DNA from: an uncultured Chloroflexia bacterium
Lineage (GTDB): Bacteria; Chloroflexota; Limnocylindria; Limnocylindrales; CSP1-4
DNA: 64,000 nucleotides
Direction of reading: 5' to 3'
Assembly (NCBI GenBank): GCA_963749705.1
Contig: CAVVNQ010000006.1
Coordinates: forward strand, 96,001 to 160,000
Part shown: positions 59,318-64,000 of the stretch, piece after piece
Layout: each line of letters starts with the position of its first letter
Numbering within the stretch: position 1 is the first letter of the stretch
Position numbers and translations under genes: made by a program
Notes under the pieces: model-generated
The model's database searches: none
The model's input: the letters and a program-made list of their open reading frames with translations, nothing else
What the model was told of the DNA's origin: nothing

Positions 59318-59995
59318 ATGACCAGCCCCGATCCCAACAGCACGGTTCGCTACGCCGTGTGGGCCGTCTATGCACGCGTCGGGTCGCCGCCGGACGGGAC
59401 CGGTGCTGCGACCGAGCTCGAGGCGTGGGCCGCGGCACTCGCCGACGACGATGTCGTCCTCCGCGGCTGGTACGACGTCTCGGGCTTGCGCGCCGATGCC
59501 GACGTGATGCTCTGGCTCCACGGACCGAGCGCCGAATCCCTCCAGGCCGCGCTGCGCGGCTTTCGCCGGACGGCCGTCGGTGCGGCCACTGATATCGCGT
59601 TCTCGATGATGGGCACCCACCGACCGGCCGAGTTCAGCCGTGACCACGTGCCGTCGTTCATGCTCGGAACTCGTCCCCTCGGGTGGCTGTGCGTCTACCC
59701 CTTCGTCCGGTCATATGAGTGGTACCTGCTGCCCGACGACGAGCGGCGGGCGATGCTCGCCGAGCACGGCACGGCGGGCCGGGCATTTGCGCGCGTCCAG
59801 GCGAACACGGTCGCCGCCTTCGCTCTCAACGACTACGAGTGGATCCTGGCCCTCGAGTCTGACGATCTCCACGATCTCGTGGACCTCATGCGCGATCTCC
59901 GCTCCACGGGGGCGCGGCGGCATGTGCGCGAGGAGATCCCGTTCCACACCGGCCGGCGGATCGAGGCCGACGGGGTCATCGACGTCCTGCGGTGA
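59318..59995 (+). CDS. hemQ: Coproheme decarboxylase (ChdC/HemQ, chlorite dismutase family)
   Basis: RG.YDVSG.RADAD.M.W.H, HRPAEF.R.H.P.F, YPFVRSYEWYLL, M..EHG, F.L.DYEW.LA.E and HVREE.PF motifs. Confidence 0.92.
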   Translation: MTSPDPNSTVRYAVWAVYARVGSPPDGTGAATELEAWAAALADDDVVLRGWYDVSGLRADADVMLWLHGPSAESLQAALRGFRRTAVGAATDIAFSMMGTHRPAEFSRDHVPSFMLGTRPLGWLCVYPFVRSYEWYLLPDDERRAMLAEHGTAGRAFARVQANTVAAFALNDYEWILALESDDLHDLVDLMRDLRSTGARRHVREEIPFHTGRRIEADGVIDVLR

Positions 59996-60039
59996 CCAGC
60001 AACCACGACGCCATCCTCCTGGTCTCGTTCGGCGGGCCA
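59992..60039 (+). pseudogene. 16-codon N-terminal remnant of an actinobacterial-type ferrochelatase
   Basis: GTG overlapping the chdC stop encodes MTSNHDAILLVSFGGP; similarity then ends abruptly. Confidence 0.6.
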
Positions 60040-60066
60040 CCCCCGAGTGGTCGACCCCCCGGGGCG

Positions 60067-61521
60067 CTACTCGCCCGTGTTGATCGTGATGTGCTTGACG
60101 AACGTGTAGTCCTCGAGCGCGTACTTGGAGCCGTCCTTGCCGTAGCCCGATTCCTTCACGCCGCCGTGGGGGGTCTCGGACGACAGCGTGAAGTGCTCGT
60201 TGATCCACACGGTGCCGTACTGCAGCCGACGCGCGACGCGCATCGCCTTGCCGATGCTGCCGGTGAACACCGACGACGCGAGGCCGAACTTGACGTCGTT
60301 CGCCCACTGGACGGCCTGCTCCTCGTCGGAGAACCGCTGGACCGTGACGACCGGGCCGAACACCTCGTCCTGGACGATCTCACTGCCCTGGTCCGGGTTG
60401 GCGATGACCGTGGGCTCGAAGTAGGCGCCCGGCCGATCCGGCCGGTGCCCACCAAGCACCAGCTCGGCCTTGGCCTCGAGCGCTCGATTGACCATGCCCT
60501 CGACCTTATCGGCCTGCGCCTGCGCGATGAGCGAGCCCATGTCGAGGTCGTCGGCGTCGGCGGGGTTGCCCCACTTGATCGTCTTCACCTGGTCGGCGAG
60601 CGCCGCGATGAGCGGCTCGTAGACCTTCGGCCCGGCGATCACGCGGCAGGCCGCGGTGCAGTCCTGGCCGCTGTTCCAGTAGCCGGCCGACTTGAGGATC
60701 TCGGCCGCGAGGTCGACATCGGCGTCGTCGAACACGATCACGGGCGCCTTGCCACCCAGCTCGAGATGGAGCTTCTTGACCGTGCCGGCCGCCAGCTCCG
60801 CGATGTGCTTGCCGGTCACGGTGTCGCCCGTGATCGAGACCATGCGCACCTTCGGGTGGGACACCAGGAAGTCGCCCATCGCGCCGCCCGAGCCCGCCAG
60901 GACGTTGAGCACGCCCGCCGGCAGCTGGTCCGCGATCAGCTCGGCGAACCGGAGCGCCGACAGCGGCGTCCGCGCCGACGGCTTGAGCACGACCGTGTTG
61001 CCCGTCGCGAGCGCGGGCCCGAGCTTCCAGGCCGCCATGTACAGCGGGTAGTTCCAGGGCGCGATCGAGGCCACGACGCCGATCGGGTCGCGGCGGATCA
61101 TCGAGGTGTGGCCGTCGAGGTACTCCGTGACCGCGAGCCCCTCGGGGATGCGGCAGGCGCCGGCGAAGAACCGGAACAGGTCGCTCGAGGTGGCCATCTC
61201 GTCGATGGCGGCCGCGGTCGGCTTTCCCGTCTGGCTCGACTCCAGCCGGCCGAGCTCGTCGCCGTTGGCGTCGAGGATGTCGGCGATCCTGAGCAGCGCG
61301 AGGCTGCGCGTCTGGGGCGTGGTCAGCGACCAGCTCTCGAACGCGTCCGCGGCGGCGTCGACGGCGCGGTTGACGTCCTCCAGGCCTGATGCGGGGACCG
61401 TGGCGACGACCTCGCCCGAGGCGGGGTTCTCGACATCGAGCGTCGCTCCTGAGACGGCGTCCACCCACTGGCCGCCGATGAACTGCTGGTACGACTTGAC
61501 GGGGTTGAGGGTCTCGGTCAC
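60067..61521 (-). CDS. Gamma-aminobutyraldehyde dehydrogenase-type aldehyde dehydrogenase
   Basis: PWNYP, ELGGKAP, NSGQDCTAA, EVFGP and PHGG.K.SG.GKD motifs; GGAGG RBS before GTG 61521. Confidence 0.9.
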   Translation of the reverse strand: MTETLNPVKSYQQFIGGQWVDAVSGATLDVENPASGEVVATVPASGLEDVNRAVDAAADAFESWSLTTPQTRSLALLRIADILDANGDELGRLESSQTGKPTAAAIDEMATSSDLFRFFAGACRIPEGLAVTEYLDGHTSMIRRDPIGVVASIAPWNYPLYMAAWKLGPALATGNTVVLKPSARTPLSALRFAELIADQLPAGVLNVLAGSGGAMGDFLVSHPKVRMVSITGDTVTGKHIAELAAGTVKKLHLELGGKAPVIVFDDADVDLAAEILKSAGYWNSGQDCTAACRVIAGPKVYEPLIAALADQVKTIKWGNPADADDLDMGSLIAQAQADKVEGMVNRALEAKAELVLGGHRPDRPGAYFEPTVIANPDQGSEIVQDEVFGPVVTVQRFSDEEQAVQWANDVKFGLASSVFTGSIGKAMRVARRLQYGTVWINEHFTLSSETPHGGVKESGYGKDGSKYALEDYTFVKHITINTGE

Positions 61522-61639
61522 TGGAGCCTCCATCGGCACGGATGCGCGCTCGTCGCTGACGGGATGATCACCCCGGATTGTGCGCCTGCCCGCGGCGGCG
61601 TTCCACCCCGGGCCCACGTCGCGCGACGCCCCGCAACCC

Positions 61640-62953
61640 CTACCGGGTCACCGGCGCGTGCGTCGTCGCCAGCTGTTCGATCAGGTCCGCGGCGCGGGAT
61701 GTCCCGGCGGCCGCCCGCATCCGGGCGGCAATCCCCGCCATTCGATCTCGCAGCGCCGCATCGCCCAGCAGCTCGTCGATCGCCCCGGTCAGCTCCTCGT
61801 CCCGGAATCCGTACGTCGACAGCCGTCGCCCGAACCCGGTCTCGTCGACCCGCTGCGCGTTGTCGACCTGATCCCAGAACAACGGCAGCACGACCATCGG
61901 CTTGCCATGGTGGAAGCATTCGACCACGGTGTTGTTGCCACCGTGCGTGATCACGAGGTCGACCTGCGGCAGGATCGCGGGCTGGGGCAGGAAGGACTCG
62001 CCGGTCATGTTCTCGTGGAGCCGGATCTGGTCGGCCAGCGGACCCTTTGACACCACGACCCGATGCGGCGTCCGGCCCAGGACGTCGACCAGCCGCTGCA
62101 TCAGCTCCACGTCCGCCGAGCCGAGCGACCCGAGCGACAGGTAGATCAGCGCGCCGGGCCGCTCCGCGAGGTGCGCGGGCAGCGTCCAATCGCCGTCCGT
62201 CGCCCGGACCGTCGAGTCCAGCTGGTGCCACGTGGGAGCGAGCGGATTGACCCGTCGGTAGTCCGCCTCGGCCGGGTACGAGTACATGTTGAGGTACGGC
62301 GACTCGTGCATGAAGTCGGGGCCGAGCTCTCCGCTCGCCAGGCCGCCGGCGCCATGATCCCGGCAGAACGCGTCGAAGTCGGACCACAGCGGCTGGTGGG
62401 CGCGACCGTACTCGGCGAGGAACCCGGCCCAGCGCCGCGGATCGGCGGCCGGGTACCCGGACGAGAACGGCGCGATCAGCGGGTCCTTCACCTCGGCCGG
62501 GTTGCAGGACACGATCCGGACCCACGGCCGGCCGCTGGCCATCACGGCCGGGAACGAGACGACGTTGTCCTCCACGATCGCGTCCGGCGCGAGCTCGCCG
62601 ATGATCTCCTCGAGCCGCGGGTTGACGTACTTCGCCCCGTCGATCAGCGCCTGCCAGGTGGGCTGGATGAACTCGCTGATCTGCTCCAGGGTCGACTTGC
62701 GGAACACCGGGGCCGTGTCGCGGATGAAGTCGATCCAGAACTGGCCGGGAACCTCCGGCTCGGCGGGCGGCGGCCCGAGCCGCATGAGCCGCTCCTCGAA
62801 GCCCTTCGCCTCGAGATTGCCGGCGAACGACTCCTCGACGATGAACACGACCCGATGGCCGCGCGCACGCAGCACGCTCCCGATGCCGACGCAGTTGTTC
62901 GTCGGCCCGTAGGCTCCCTCGGGAAAGAACACGATCGTCCGGCCGTCTGCCAC
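61640..62953 (-). CDS. GT1 (MGT/UDP-glucuronosyl-type) glycosyltransferase
   Basis: YGPTN.C.G, YLSLGS, PQ..IL...D..ITHGGNN...E and P.F.DQ.DNA.R (PSPG-like box). Confidence 0.9.
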   Translation of the reverse strand: MADGRTIVFFPEGAYGPTNNCVGIGSVLRARGHRVVFIVEESFAGNLEAKGFEERLMRLGPPPAEPEVPGQFWIDFIRDTAPVFRKSTLEQISEFIQPTWQALIDGAKYVNPRLEEIIGELAPDAIVEDNVVSFPAVMASGRPWVRIVSCNPAEVKDPLIAPFSSGYPAADPRRWAGFLAEYGRAHQPLWSDFDAFCRDHGAGGLASGELGPDFMHESPYLNMYSYPAEADYRRVNPLAPTWHQLDSTVRATDGDWTLPAHLAERPGALIYLSLGSLGSADVELMQRLVDVLGRTPHRVVVSKGPLADQIRLHENMTGESFLPQPAILPQVDLVITHGGNNTVVECFHHGKPMVVLPLFWDQVDNAQRVDETGFGRRLSTYGFRDEELTGAIDELLGDAALRDRMAGIAARMRAAAGTSRAADLIEQLATTHAPVTR

Positions 62954-63214
62954 CCTCGCACCTCGTGCTGCTCGCGGCAATCCTGCCGCGCCGTGCGGTC
63001 GATCCAGAGGCCGATGATCGCACGGCACCGGACGTCGGTGGCGCCCGTTCCCGATCCCGCGGCCGGGGCCGAACGACCCGGCCCGGTCCGTCCTGCCGGC
63101 CCCTCCGATCCGCCGCGATGGCACGGGCACGAGGTGCGGGCAGAGGTGACACTCTCTGGACCAGCGGTGACGGACGCGTCGCCGCTGCACGCGTGCAACG
63201 GAGGACGACGACTC

Positions 63215-64000
63215 ATGGCACTGGTGATCGAGGGGCTGCGCAAGCGGTTCGGCGAGGTGCAGGCGCTCGACGGAATCTCGCTCGAGGTAGGCCCCGGCCA
63301 GGTGTTCGGGTTCCTGGGTGCCAACGGGGCGGGCAAGACCACGACGATGCGCATCGTGCTGGGCCTGCTGCGTGCCGACGAAGGGACGGTCACCTGGAAC
63401 GGGCGGCCCGCGCGCGAGTGGCCACGCAACACGTGGGGATACATGCCCGAGGAGCGTGGCCTCTACCTGCGGATGCCGGTCATGGACCAGCTCCTGTACT
63501 TCGCGTCCCTGTACGGGATCAGCCGGACGAAGGCGCGCGACGACGCGCTCGCGTGGCTGGCCAGGTTCCGGATCAGCGAGTACGCCGACCGCCGGGCGGA
63601 GACCCTGTCCAAGGGCAACCAGCAGAAGGTCCAGTACATCGCGACGATCATCCACAGCCCGGATGTGATCGTGATGGACGAGCCGTTCTCCGGCCTGGAC
63701 CCGGTCAACGTCGCATTGCTCAAGGCCGCGTTCACCGAGATGCGCGACCGCGGCAGGACCCTGATCTTCAGCACGCACCAGATGGAGCAGGCGGAGGAGC
63801 TGTGTGACTCGGTGGCGATCGTCGACCACGGCCGCATCGTGACCGCCGGCACGACGCGCGACGTCAAGCGGTCGACCGGCCACCAGGTCGTGCGCGTCGC
63901 AACGGCCGGCGACGGGACGGGCGCGTGGCTGCGCGAGCTCCCGCACGTGACCGTGACCCGCGACGGTCGCGACTACACGGAGCTCCTGGTCGATGCGGGC
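63215..64000 (+). CDS. ABC-2 transporter ATP-binding protein (YhaQ/NatA-like), 3'-truncated by window edge
   Basis: Read from DNA: ATG at 63215, GANGAGKTT, GYMPEERGLY, LSKGNQQK, MDEPFSGLDPVN and STH; GGAGG RBS. Confidence 0.93.
   Translation, partial: MALVIEGLRKRFGEVQALDGISLEVGPGQVFGFLGANGAGKTTTMRIVLGLLRADEGTVTWNGRPAREWPRNTWGYMPEERGLYLRMPVMDQLLYFASLYGISRTKARDDALAWLARFRISEYADRRAETLSKGNQQKVQYIATIIHSPDVIVMDEPFSGLDPVNVALLKAAFTEMRDRGRTLIFSTHQMEQAEELCDSVAIVDHGRIVTAGTTRDVKRSTGHQVVRVATAGDGTGAWLRELPHVTVTRDGRDYTELLVDAG

Noticed and set aside
59992-61389. 465-aa plus-strand ORF after chdC
   Set aside because: Beyond the first 16 codons it is the antisense shadow of the aldehyde dehydrogenase.

Overview
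A GC-rich bacterial chromosomal window. Gene content and style suggest Chloroflexota, possibly Limnocylindria-like; this is inference only. It holds about 65 CDSs and two tRNAs, Arg(TCT) and Glu(CTC). Main blocks, in order: an acyl-CoA synthetase and a stand-alone BldC/Xis-like HTH protein; a GH3 lipoprotein; an orphan amino-DNA methyltransferase; a DUF1611 + enolase-family epimerase pair (dgcN/dgcA-like); a tRNA-Glu-adjacent accessory stretch (TetR, HIT-like, chrA, LLM, VOC, ArsR-SRPBCC); DUF1015, a sortase, an acyl-CoA dehydrogenase, a SufR-like regulator and an adenosine deaminase; a branched-chain 2-oxoacid dehydrogenase/lipA operon; plsY, glpD-glpK and nnrE; a DUF1326-DUF2182-TetR-(alpha/beta hydrolase::glycosyltransferase) operon; mutY; a complete coproporphyrin-dependent heme operon with divergent chdC/hemQ; an aldehyde dehydrogenase, a GT1 glycosyltransferase and an ABC ATPase. 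Many single-base frameshifts, including in housekeeping genes, point to indel errors of a long-read assembly, so several long 'fusion' ORFs in the track are artefacts. Strongest novelty candidates: (1) an Xis/BldC-type HTH + all-helical sensor-domain regulator heading the heme operon, with 9-bp direct repeats over its leader; (2) a plus-strand structured RNA at about 7.1-7.25 kb whose duplicated AAACCUUCC motifs are complementary to two sites in that heme-operon leader; (3) a rod-like RNA upstream of the BldC-like gene; (4) a 16-codon ferrochelatase remnant after chdC. No CRISPR-Cas, integrase or transposase was recognised. All family assignments come from motif recognition, not database searches.
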